Positions 13,757-27,903 of a stretch of 64,000 nt of DNA are shown piece by piece (the first letter of the stretch is position 1; every line of letters begins with the position of its first letter). The notes beneath the pieces are model-generated. The model was not told the origin of the DNA. It was given only the letters and a program-made list of their open reading frames with translations, and did no database searches. Made by a program: the position numbers and the translations under genes. Source of the stretch: Octopus vulgaris (taxonomy: Eukaryota); NCBI GenBank assembly GCA_951406725.2, contig OX597829.1, positions 33,976,001 through 34,040,000 on the forward strand, given 5' to 3'.

Positions 13757-14255
13757 AGATGAATATGGTACTTAAGTTGAGGCACCGGAATTTAGTACAC
13801 TATTATCCATACAATTTCAAAGTAAGGTGTTTAAAATCAAAATAAGCAACAAGGATATCCAGAGGTAATGCAGCATGATCGTTTCATGCATGAAACGATC
13901 GTACTGCATGACCTCTGGATATCATTGTCTTTGTATAGAGTCGGATGAGCTGTCCAGATGACTAGCTTTCATCATTCCAAAACCATTGGTAACTCTATGA
14001 TCAGAATTTATCTTTTTGTTAGGGTTGGTCAAAAGTCACTTGACAGTAAATCAAAACCATTTCATTCCAAGATTTTTTTAAATTATTTTATGTGACTTCG
14101 TTACTTCATTAATAAGTTAGACAAATGTTGAAAAAGAGATAGTGATTTTAACTCACAGCATTCAATTATTAAACATTCATAACTGAAACGAATAAATAAA
14201 CTTGAATATTAAGTATTTATTGAATTTTGATTTACTGTCAAGTGACATTTGGCCA

Positions 14256-14324
<69 letters not shown>

Positions 14325-17300
14325 CTATAGAAAACCTGTAGAGATAAACTTTTTTGAAGTTTATTTCTACAGGTTTTCTACAGATGTCAGAGCCAGCACT
14401 GAAAGTAATAATATTTTGTATACAAATACATTTATGTAAGCAATGCTCTTAGTTATATTTTGGGCTTCAGAATGAAATACTGTGTCTTTGCAAGCAATTA
14501 ATATATATATATCTTTAAGTTTATCTCTATAAATTTCCTATAGAATTCAGAACCAGCGTAACAAGTTACAATGTTAAGCTTTATTGCAGGGGATCCATAG
14601 AGGATAGAGGCATATCGAAGTGATGCATGCCACAAACTGACAATATAGAATGAAGCAAAACAGATAGTTAAATAATACATTATCATAGCCAGGATAAAAA
14701 GGAGGCAGATGTACTACATGATGGGAGGAAATTTGGTTCAGTGTGTTGGGTAATGAATCACTGTAATGTGTATAGAGAGCACAATATTTACAGTGCTTCC
14801 ACAACTCAGTTTCACTGAGGAGGGCTGGTCTTTTTGAGAACCTCATATTGCCAAACATTTCAGTTCTTTGTCATTTCTTTCATGAGGCTCAGGGTTCTGA
14901 GGTCAACCTTGATCATTTCATCCCATGTCTTCCTGGGTCACCCCCATCTAGAAACAGCACTTATTTATGTAGCTTCCTTCATCTGTACACATCACGTAGG
15001 CATACCAGCTGCGTCTTCTTTCTTGCAGAATATTCCAAATAAGCAAAATTGCCTGTATGACTGCAACATGCATTTGCAACTATCACACAATGTCAAGACA
15101 AAGAGATATAAACATATACACATGTTCACACATATGCATTGACAACCTGCTGAGAGCCACTGATCAGATCTGTGGTTAGTGCAAAATCCCCTCAAGACCC
15201 AAAATAACGTGGTGGTGGAACAATATTGTTGACAGGGCTATTAGACAAAAGAAACAGGCTTGGAAGGACTGGAAGAACGGTGGTAGCAGGGAAGTGTATC
15301 AGACTGCCAGAAGGGAAGCTAGGAGGCAGGTGTATTTAGCCAGAGGGGAGGCAGATAAGAAAAAATTTGCCAATGTTCTGCGCCGTGAGGATGAAAGACT
15401 TGAGGTATTTCATGTTGCAAGACAGTGTGTGAGAGAGAATCGTGATGTAGTAGGAGAGAAATGTGTTCACATGGATGATGGTTCACTTGCACTAAATGAG
15501 GATGCAAAGAGAGAGGTTTGGAGACGTCACTATGAAAGGTTGCTGAATAAAGAAAATGAATGGGATAAAGAGAGTCTGCCGAATGTCGACCCAACAGAGG
15601 GACCAGCTATCCGAGTTGACAGTTCCTTGGTAATTAAGGCAATTAGAAGCATGAAGACAGGGAAAGCCCCAGGCCCATCAGGAATTACTGCAGAGATGCT
15701 CAAAATATTTGGTAGTGTCGGCTATAGCCTAGTCACCCGTATAGTTAACCAGGTGATACATGAAGGAGTCATTCCCAATGACTGGTGTAGCAGCATAATA
15801 GTCAACTGCTACAAAGGTAAAGATGACGCCCTAGATACAAATAATTACAGAGGTATCAAGCTGTTGGATCAGGTGATGAAGGTTACAGAGAGGGTCATAG
15901 CCCAACTAATTAGAGAGAGAGTTAGTTTAGATGAGATGCAGTTTGGGTTCATGCCAGGGAAAAGTACCACTGATGCTATATTCCTGGTAAGGCAGCTGCA
16001 GGAGAAATACCTAGCCAAAGATAAGCCCCTGTACCTGGCTTTTGTTGACATGGATAAAGCCTTCGACAGGGTCCCCCGATCCCTTATCTGGTGGTCAATG
16101 AGGAAACTAGGGATAGATGAATGGTTAGTGAGAGCTGTGCGAGCTATGTACAGGAACGCTGCTAGTAAGGTTGGCGAGTACAGTGAAGAATTCCGGGTAG
16201 AGGTTGGGGTCCACCAAGGTTCAGTCCTCAGCCCCCTCCTATTTATCATAGTCCTCCAAGCAATAATGGAGGAATTCAAGACAGGTTGCCCCTGGGAGCT
16301 CCTCTATGCTGATGACCTTGCTCTAATTGCTGAGTCACTATCAGAACTAGAGGAGAAGTTTCAGGTGTGGAAGCAAGGATTAGAATCGAAGGGCCTTAGA
16401 GTCAACCTAGCTAAAACCAAAGTCCTAATAAGTAGGAAGGTAGACAAATCACAAACACCTTCGGGCAGATGGCCCTGCTCGATCTGTAGAAAAGGCGTAG
16501 GTAGAAACTCTATAAGATGCACCAAGTGTAAGCTATGGACACATAAAAGGTGCAGCAATGTCAAAGGAAGGCTAATTAGGAAAATAGTTTTTGTATGTGG
16601 CAGATGCTCAGGAGCAATAAACACTGAAAATGTGCAGAGACCAACTTCCACATTCCAGGGAGAAAAACTAGAAATAGTTGATAGCTTCCGTTACCTAGGT
16701 GACCAAGTCAGTAGCGGGGGGTAGGTGTGCTGAAAGTGTAATTGCTAGAGTAAGAATAGCCTGGGCAAAGTTCAGAGAGCCTTTACCGCTGCTGGTGACA
16801 AAAGGCCTCTTGTTCAGAGTAAAAGGCAGACTGTATGACGCATGTGTACGAACAGCCATGCTACATGGTAGTGAAACATGGGCCGTGAGTGCTGAGGATA
16901 TGCGTAAGCTTGCAAGAAATGAAGCCAGTATGCTCCGATGGATGTGTAATGTTAGTGTTCATACTCGACAGAGTGTAAGTACCTTGAGAGAAAAGTTGGA
17001 TCTAAGAAGCATCAGTTGTGGTGTGCAAGAGAGACGTTTGCGCTGGTATGGTCATGTGACGAGAATGGCTGAAGATAGTTGTGTGAAAAAGTGCCACACC
17101 CTAGTGGTTGAGGGAACCTGTGGAAGAGGTAGACCCAGGAAAACCTGGGACGAGGTAGTGAAGCACGACCTTCGAACTTTAGGTCTCACCGAGGAAATGA
17201 CTAGAGACCGAGACCTATGGAAGTATGCTGTGCGTGAGAAGACTCGGCAGGACAAGTGAGACCATAACCCATGGCCTCTACCTGGGATGTAGCCAGTCCA

Positions 17301-17723
17301 CTTATGCATACCTTTCCTTCATTGGACACAAAACTCTACTTGTGTAGACCTGTTGAGGCAAGTGAGAATCAAAATCGAAATCAATCAACATCAATGGAAA
17401 TTGTAGCTGTGATACCAGTGCCGGTGGCACGTAAATGGCACCATCCGATCATGGCCATTGCCAGCCTCGCCTGGCCCCCGTGCCGGTGGCACATAAAAAG
17501 CACCATCCGACTGTGGGCGTTTGCCAGCCCCGTCTGGCACCTGAGCCGGTGACACGTAAAAAGCACTCACTACACTCACAGAGTGGTTGGCGTTAGGAAG
17601 GGCATCCAGCCATGGAAACATTGTCAGATCAGACTGGGCCTGGTGCAGCCTTCTGGCTTCCCAGACTCCAGTTGAACCGTCCAACCCATGTTAGCATGGA
17701 AAGCGGACGCTAAATGATGATGA

Positions 17724-17759
<36 letters not shown>

Positions 17760-18566
17760 AGAGAGATTACGTCCATTTGTTCACTTGTTTATCTCCAAAA
17801 TGCAAGTAAATGGTTCAAGGGAAACTATTATGCTTTTTCTTCTTATCTTATATCTTATCTATATATATAAAAGAGAAATTCCGTCCGTTCAGGTGTTTGA
17901 CAGTTTGTTTGTCCATCAAAATGAAAGTAAATGGTTCAAGGGAAGCTTTTGTGCTTTTTCTATATCTCCTATCATGCTATTGCCTAATTTGTCTCAACAA
18001 AAATTATGCAATGGTACAACACTACTTGTCATAAACCTATGAGGAACTGCATTGAGGCAAATATTCTCACTGGTTGTGGTAAAGGCGACACCATCTTCAT
18101 TCCTCACATACCAGTTATACCATCTAATGTCGCCTTGCAATTTAAGCCATTACAGTTTCCTATCCCACTTTCTTTTGCCATGAGCATTAATAAAAGTCAG
18201 GGCCAAACACTAAAAGTTGCTGGATTGCATCTTGAAGAACCATCTATTTTCCACTTCAATTATTGCATGTTTTTCTCTTATATAATATACACATACAGGA
18301 AGAGTAAACAAATCTGTAGTTGTAGTCACATCCTGGTTCAGATTCAAAACTGAATCTTTCAGTTCTCCTTTAGCATACCACCTATTCAAACATCAAAAGG
18401 AACAGAGACATATGGATGTTCTACTTGACCTGTAGCCTTTTCAGTGCCATCACAGTCACCTGGATTCTGTAAAGCTATTCTTCTATATGATACACCCATC
18501 TTTCTAGCTTCTCAGCCTGAGATACAGTAAAAGTAATTTCCTATCAACGACGAGTATTACTGCTAG

Positions 18567-18611
<45 letters not shown>

Positions 18612-18839
18612 GCATATATATGTACATATATATATATATGCATATATATATATATATATGTACATATATATATATATATGTACATATATATATATGTACA
18701 TATATATATATATGTACATATATATATATATGCACATATATATATATATGCATATATATATATATGTACATATATATATATATGTACATATATATATATG
18801 TACATATATATATATATGTACATATATATATATATGTAC

Positions 18840-18923
<84 letters not shown>

Positions 18924-19383
18924 TCGTGTCCATTGCCAGCATCGCCTGGCCCCGAGCCGGTGACACGTAAAAGCACCATCCGTTCGTGGCCGTTCACCAG
19001 CTCTGTCTGGCACCTGTGCAGGTGGCACGTAAAAAACACCCACTACACTCACGGAGTGGTTGGCGTTAGGAAGGGCATCCAGCCGTAGAAACACTGCCAG
19101 ATCTGACTGGGCCTGACGAAGCCTTCCAGCTTCACAGACCCCAGTTGACCCGTCCATGGAAAACGGACGCTAAACGATGATGATGATGATGATGATGATG
19201 TATATATATATATATGTACATATATATATATGTACATATATATATGTACATATATATATATGTACATATATATATATGTACATATATATATATGTACATA
19301 TATATATATGTACATATATATATATGTACATATATATATATGTACATATATATATATGTGCATATATATATATGTGATATATA

Positions 19384-19470
<87 letters not shown>

Positions 19471-19474
19471 GTAC

Positions 19475-19508
<34 letters not shown>

Positions 19509-19551
19509 GTATGTATGCTAGCAGTAATACTCGTCGTTGATAGGTAATTAC

Positions 19552-19597
<46 letters not shown>

Positions 19598-20510
19598 AGA
19601 AAATGGAGAAATACATCGAAATCAAATATCAATTACCAGATAATACTCAATCACATACTTCATTAAACCACCACATAAGAAACTATAAGGTTAAACATAA
19701 TAATGCAGGGTAAAACAGTGTACATGAAGGAGTGTACATAAAATAGTAATGTTATACAATAAGTAGAATACGTATAATAGAACATAAATATAAGTACACA
19801 TAAATATAAATATAGACTATATCTTACAGCTGTTTCGGCCATGTAGATAAGCATGTCTCATTCAACTCATATTAGCCATTTATGGTAGGTCAATATGTAG
19901 TTATAAATGAGACATTTACAAAAACATCCTAAGGCCTCTTCGGAGATTACAAATTAGGTTACATATATACTTATAAAGGTGTGGGTATATACCCATAATA
20001 AAACATATACATATACATATGAGTGCATATACTCATACTCATATACATATAAATATAAATATACATAATGATATAAATAATAAAGATTAATAAACATACA
20101 TATGCTCCGCTAATACTAGAGAAACAATACATATATTCATTATTAACAATATAGTCACATTAGTATTAACCTAATTTGTAATCTCCGAAGAGGCCTTAGG
20201 ATGTTTTTGTAAATGTCTCATTTATAACTACATATTGTGAAACGACGTTATAGATAGAAAGTGAAAGGAAGGGAGGAAAGAGAGTGAGTGATGGAGGAAG
20301 ACAGATACATAAAAGAATGGGAGTAGACTTGTGAAAGTGAGTTTTTGGCCCTAGCAACGACACCTTTTAAGATGAGGATTTCTAACCTAGCCCACTCGCA
20401 TCCTCACCTCATTTTACATGTCCCTATAAATTTTGGAGTCAATCCGACGGGATCTAGTGGCCTTTAACCAGACAAAACCAGACAAACAAACAAACTTTTC
20501 GCATTTCCGA

Positions 20511-20554
<44 letters not shown>

Positions 20555-20637
20555 GGATACATGCATACATATGTACGTACATACATACATACATACATAC
20601 ATACATACATACATACATACATACATACATACATACA

Positions 20638-20669
<32 letters not shown>

Positions 20670-21261
20670 CACACACACCAGAGTAAGCACATAAATGTGA
20701 AACAATGTGGTAAAAAAATAGTATTTGAATACCAGAGGCAGAGTAATATGCTTTTTATTATTAAAGCTGCAAAAGCATCACAAAAAACTGTTACTCAGAG
20801 TTTCCCGTTCCCGTCTGTTGGAGAGTTTTGGTTGAGAATAGAACAAAAAAACTAAGGTTGTTTGTATAAATATACAATTTACATTGACAAATAGATATTT
20901 GAAATTGGTTTCGTTTCATTGGTCCTTTCAACTAACAGTCTTTTTAAGAACCAGCGATATGCATAAAACTAAAATTACGATTTAAAAATCATTATGTAAA
21001 ATCAAAGGAAACCTTGAATCAAAAATTAATTTTAGTTAGAGGGAAAAACATGTATACCCAGAGTAAATTAATTAATGGTAAAATAAATTTAATTAAATAA
21101 ATATAAATCCGTTTATAATAAAATATGACTTACAGAGATCTAACAGCATAAAAATAAACACTCATACAAACATATACAAACATTTACTTATACACACACA
21201 CACAAAAAACATATACATACATATGTATACACTAAACATACAAACACTGATACATACATAC

Positions 21262-21302
<41 letters not shown>

Positions 21303-24300
21303 AATATATACAGGCAAAATATAGATGTGAATATACATACTAATGTATATATTGGTATCTGCATACATATATACATACATCATACATCTCTGTGCATATA
21401 TTCTAAATGCACACCTTAGTTGTCATAAGTTAGAAAAACAAAAAGAAACAGAAATAAGAAGTGGTGAGAGAAAGAAAAGAGAAAGAGAAAAATAGAAAGA
21501 GAGAGAGAAAATGATCTGAAAAAATAACGTTCCCCAAAGTATCTAACTATTGTTAGATACATTAAAATACTTCTGTAAGCTTGTGAACGTACACATAAAA
21601 CAGACATGCATATCCATATAAATACATACATGCATACATACAAAAATACATACAATAGTAACACATGTGTATACACGCATACAAATATACAAATAAATAT
21701 ATATGAATATATGCATATCTACATACATATATACACATCAAGATACATATATGCACTATAGCATATATACACATATGAATATATTAAAAACTGTCTGGTG
21801 TATTGAATGTTAAAATAAGAAAATCATGCTATAAATTAATGTAATATAATTAAAAGTAATATAAATTTGAAAAAATATAAATTTAAAATTTAAATTTGAA
21901 AATGAGTTAAAATTTTATTTCAATGAAATTTAAATTTAAATTTGTAAACAGTTGAAGGTCTTCTTGAAGGTTGAAAAATGTAAAATGTAAAGGTGAAAAA
22001 TATACAAAAATTGTAATACTAAATGAGGTCTGTATTTAAGTGTAAAAGCCAAATTCAAATGCGAAAGTCAAAAATTATCCGTATAATATTTCTTCTCTTA
22101 ATGTTCTATACCTCATAGCATGTCTACAGGAATTTAAAAACTCCCATTGTTGGTTCAGTGCATATTTATCCTGGAGCAGGATGAAGAGCTTTCCAGTTAG
22201 GTACAAATTACACCTCATTGGGCATCTCTATGCTCCTGCTTATGTGGTACTGCTTTTTGCAAGATTGTCCAACTGATTTTGAAAGGACAAGCATCATTTT
22301 CTTTCAGTTGCCAGACATGTTGGCAAGACTTGTATAGGACAGCAAGACTTGTTGCTGTCCTATTTTCAGGGTATCAAAATGAATTTCGGCAGGAATATAA
22401 TCTAGTCTTGGAGGAATTTTCTGAAGCTCCTGTATATGTTTTTGTATTCTTGTGAGCCATCTATTTGTACCTTACCTTTATAGACTATTCCTTTCTCTAG
22501 ACAATTTCCTCCCAATGGACAGCAAATTTGATCTTTACAATTGCAATTTTTCTGGCTAATTTCAGCACTGTGGTTACTTCTAATGGTTTTTGTGTTATGC
22601 TGGTTAATTAAAGAGGTGAAGTTCTTGCAACAAGAATAGCTAACCTTCAGTGTTCTCCTATTAAAAATTCTATAGAACTTATGGCTAGCCTAAAAGTGCT
22701 TAGAACTAGTTTTAAGAATTCTCTGTTTTTCTTTTTTACAGCAATGTTAAATGCTAGATTAAAACAGAAAACTTTCCTAGTTCTAGTTTTTTACATGTTC
22801 TATTATACCATTTTTTTCTTTGAAAGATATTTTGTAAGTATAAAGATTTGAATAACACCTGCGTTTAACTCCATTTCTTTATTTATGTTATACAAAAACA
22901 TTTCACTAAACCCTGGAATTTCTACCTTTATAAGTAGTCTGTAACATCCTTGGTACTTATGTGAATTTTTTGCTACTCTGGTAACTATTTATTTATTTTT
23001 TCTGTGTTATTTGTACACATGGGAAAAATACACATACATTTATATATATATATATAATAGTATGTTATAAGCTTAAAGCTAATAAGCAATCACTGTGCAA
23101 TAACTAAACAAAATAGTCTAATAATGGGGCATATAAGCCCTTGATAGAAAAAGTAGGTTTTTCTGTACACATGGGACTCAAACCCACACCTCTTTGTTTT
23201 TGTGACAAGTATGCTAGCCAATGTTTGTATGTTGGTGTAAATGGCTTAGCACACTTGTCACAAAAACAAAGAGATGTGGGTTCGAGTCCCATGTGTACAG
23301 AAAAACCTACATTTTTTCCCATCAAGGGCTTATATGCCCCACTATGAGACTATTTTCTTTAGTCATTGTGTTGTGATCTCTTATAAGCTTTTAGCTTATA
23401 AAATACTATTATTATTATTATTTACAGAATTGTAAAAATCAATGCTGCTTAACAAAAACCATCCCTCTCTGTCTTCCCTTCTCTGGATCTTTCCTTCTCC
23501 TATGTTTCCGACGAAGAGCTCCACTCGAAACATTAAACCCTCCTTCCGATTATATAATTTTACACTCATCACATACAGCCGATATAGAAGGGAATATGGC
23601 AACTGCTCTCTATTGTCAGAGGTGGATTAGAACAATCAGTCAGCAGCTGCTGTGAAAAAAGTGGTGAAACGAAAAGGGTCCAGGGGATTGGGTTAGGAGT
23701 TATGTCACTTGATTAAGTATGCTCTGAAGTTGGCAAGAGTTATCTTGAAGTGGGGAAAGTGTGTATTATTACTGTGGTGTCCCTGCAGGGATGGGGTGTG
23801 TGATATGGGATATGTGGTATGTCTAGTAGTGTCATATGTATAATTTTTTTCCAGGGGTATAGGTGTATATAGCTGTGTTCATTGGTCTAATATAAAAAAC
23901 ATCTCCATGATTTTTAGAAATACAAATAAATCCATGCGAATGAAATAAAATTTTTGTCAAGCATAAGAGATGCTAGGATGTGGTTGAATCAAATGTTGAC
24001 ATTTCTCAATTACTCCCAGAAAAGAAGTCAATGGAGGCTGAACAAACAGCCAGAAGCGAACTGCTTATTTCTGACTATTTTGTTGAATGTACCATCCTTC
24101 TGAAAATTTTGGTCATCATCTCATGATATACAAGAAAACATTTCTAAAAGTAATTGTCAATGTAAAGAACAAAACTTTTGTATGCTATTCAGGATAGAAT
24201 AATCTTTCATGAAAAATCACAATTGATGGATGTTCAGACATTTCAGTTACCCAAATTTTGATTATTATACAACAATAGTTGTATTAATATCTTATACAAC

Positions 24301-27300
24301 TTTCCATTAGTACTAGAGAAAACCTATTTAAGCAGAGGAGGAGAGTTACAGAGGACCCTTGCATTGGACAAAAAGGCTGTTGATGATACAGATTACCTAT
24401 GTCATATTTGGAGTAATTAGTGGTGTACATTCCATAAAGATTGTGTAGCAAAATATAACCTAGTCAAGATTTGACAAAATTTCGAGCATGATTGTTACTA
24501 GCGTCACCTTACTGGCACTTGTGCTGGTGGCATGTGAAAAAACATTCGAGTGAGGTCGTTGCCAGTGCCACTGGACAAGCTCCTGTGCAGGTGGCATGTA
24601 AAAAACACCATTTGAGCGTGGATTTGCCAGTACCGCCTGAATGGCCCTCATGCCAGTGGCACATAAAAGCACCCACTACACTCTTGGAGTGGTTGGCATT
24701 AGGAAGGGCATCCAGCTGTAGAAACTCTGCAAGATCAGACAGAAGCCTAGTGCAGCCATCTGGTTCGCCAGTCCTCAGTCAAATCGTCCAACCCATGCTA
24801 GCATGGAAAGCGGACATTAAACAATGATGATGATGATAATGATGTTGAAACCAGCACACAAAAATTAACTTGGTACAATTGCTACTTTTTAGTTAGTAAG
24901 AAATCATGTAGAGTTGTAGTTCTAACAGGATGTGAGAACATTGCTAAATATGCATAGAGTATATAGATTGTATATTATCATGTACAGCTAGAGTGAAAGA
25001 TACTAAACACTTGATATCATAGAAATTTGACAAAATTACAATATTAGAAAAGCTTACTTACCTCTGATGTCTCTTTCATTAAAGCAGTATAGTTGTTAGC
25101 CCAGTCACGAGTTTTCTGGAAATATTCATCTACATCCTGTGTTAAAATTTAAAAGAAATGCAATATTTTAAAATAATTTCTAAACAATCATTAATTTATA
25201 TATTATTTTATAGCTAAATATTTTCTTTGAAGAAAAGTAGTCAAAATACACATTACAAGCATAATGCTAGATTCCATTAAATAATGTGTAGTGTATCTGA
25301 TATCCTCACTGTTTGAGAGACACAATGAGAGTGATCTTGTTTGAAGTTACAATCATCTTTGGCTAGTTTGACCCTGTTGTGTCCACTGATCTGATTGGTT
25401 GGCATCTAGCGCGGTCTGTCTCCCTACTTATTTCGCGCCAGAGTGTAAAGCCAACCAATCACGGCCTTCGGATAAGATGTCCTTCTTTGAGCCAGTTTAA
25501 CTCCTTAAATAAGCTTGCTTTCACTATTCTTGGACTTTCAACTCCAGACCTTTTAAGGTCTAGTCACTGACCACAGAGCTACTCAGCTATGTTCCAGTTC
25601 CAACTACAGATGATCAGCCTGCCAGCTATGCTCCTGCTTCAGCTACAACGACGCTAATGTACACCCACAACAGGATGTTCTCCATCTCTGCCGTTGACTT
25701 CAACATGTACACATCAACACCGACCAAGTTTAACTCACGCTGTTGTGAATCTTTCACCACAGAAAAACAGTTGCAGTATATCTGAAAGAAATATCTATAT
25801 CAAGAGACTCGGCTCGGCATTGAGGCTCCAACTGCTGCATATACGCTCAACTGGCCTCCGCCTCGAGACCCTCATCATCTTGTTATAGAATTTACTATTG
25901 TGTACCTCATGAACTGGTAAACTAATTCCATCTTAACTCAATATGCTGAGAACTTATCTTATGCTCTGTATTTCTGTTAAACGCATACACCTTTGTCTGT
26001 ATCTTCTGTTGCACACACGAACACACAAACACAGACACTTGTCGCATGCGCACAAACACAACACCTCGCTAGCACTCACACACTCTCTCTCTGTAAACAT
26101 TGTAAATAATGTTTTCTTCTCTCTCAAACAGTAGAACGGTTTTGTCGTCCTTCATTTATTCTGTTGGCACTGTATCTTATATCCATGTATTTGGCTTCTT
26201 ATTATGTTAGGGAGTGACCGTGTGGCGTCAAAAAGGAGACATTTGTCACCAACTCCTTACGTATGGACGTTTAACCCTACAAATACTTTTGATGATAATG
26301 TTATCACTTTAATACTGGTATTTCAATATAGTAAATATCTTGACACAGCATATTTCAAGTTGTCCCTCTTTCATATTATCATTTATAGCAAAGACAACTT
26401 TCAGAGTTCTCCCTAAACATCTCTAATTGACATTGTAAAGGGAACCAAGTCATTAATGTTTAGAAAAACTTTCAGAGATATTTGAGCTTGAATTCATTCA
26501 TGGTGGTTTCATAGATGAAGATGAAATAAAGGTAACTAGATTCCTTCTTGAATCTACTGAAAATACTAGTACAGTCTCTGAACTGGTTTTAAAAAAATCT
26601 TTTTATAGTCTTTTTTTCATTTATTTCACTAGCTGTGTATAAAATTAAAATATGAAAAATTATATACTATTTCCAATGAAAACAAAAATGTTCTAAGGAA
26701 TATAATGAAATAACTTTTTATTGAGATTGCATTGTTCAGTCTAGTGAATCCAACAAGAACGATTATAGTAAAAAGTTATTGACCTTTTCATGATGGCCTC
26801 TTAGGGGAGCACTTTATGCAAAGTCATTTTTATATCTTAGTTACAAATTTAAAAACATCTCTCAGTTTTATATATATCTAACTTTTTTTTTAGTTTAATA
26901 AATGAAACATATCTTATCAAAAGATTTCTCCAGAAATATATAAAAAAGGGAAGTTGTGTATGTTTTTGCATATATATATGTGTGCGTGTGTGCGTGCATG
27001 TGTGTGTTTATTATGCAATGATAGTGGATGAAGTGGTCTCATTATTTTGTTCTATTATGTAATATATATACATATATATTGTTCTGTTATGTAATATGGT
27101 TTCAAATTTTGCCACAAGGGCAGCAGTTCTGGGGGAGGAGATAAGTCGATTACATCGACCACAGTGTTCAGCTGGTACTTTTTTATCAACCCTGAAAGGA
27201 TTAAAAGCAAAGTCGACCTCTGTAGAATTTGAACTCACAATGCAGCGACAGGCAAAATACTGCTAAGCTTTTCATCCAGCATGCTAATGATTCTGCCAAC

Positions 27301-27561
27301 TCGCCTCCTCGTATTCTGTTATGTAATATAATAAAAACACACACTGATCTGGGCATGTGCATATTGAGTTATGTTACATCTACCAACATTATTATAGAAC
27401 TTTGAGCCCCCAGAAACAGCTGTTGGACTTATAATACCTTTCTTCCACCCCTTTAATTTTCTCTGTGGTTTGTACTCTGTGTATGCTGGACCTATTAATA
27501 TAAATAACTATATATTTATACATAAAAATTCATCATCTGAAAGTCTCCACTTTTTACTATA

Positions 27562-27614
<53 letters not shown>

Positions 27615-27855
27615 TTTTATGTATGTATGTATATAGATACACACACACTGGTGAGACTGGCATTGACCATACTCAAATGGTGATTTTATGTGGCACCGGC
27701 ACGGGTGCCAGTCAGGCAGTACTGGCATTGGCCACGACAATGATTTCACTTGACTCAACAGGCCTTTTCAAGCACAGTTTATTGCCCAATGATTGAAGGG
27801 TGCTCTTAAATGGGCTGGTTATGCTACACTGGCATTACGCACACACACATGCATG

Positions 27856-27903
<48 letters not shown>

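Noticed and set aside
18006-18353. Host PIF1 helicase gene
   Set aside because: It is an isolated intronless C-terminal fragment directly behind a Helitron-type 5' end, so Helitron-derived.
18504-19632. Long YI/IY/CT-rich ORFs (also 1411-1864, 28712-30833, 50021-50478)
   Set aside because: They are translations of stop-free (TA)n, (CA)n and (TACA)n microsatellites.
23225-23300. Functional tRNA gene
   Set aside because: A and B boxes are present, but I could not form a proper acceptor stem or canonical anticodon arm; treated as a tRNA-derived repeat.
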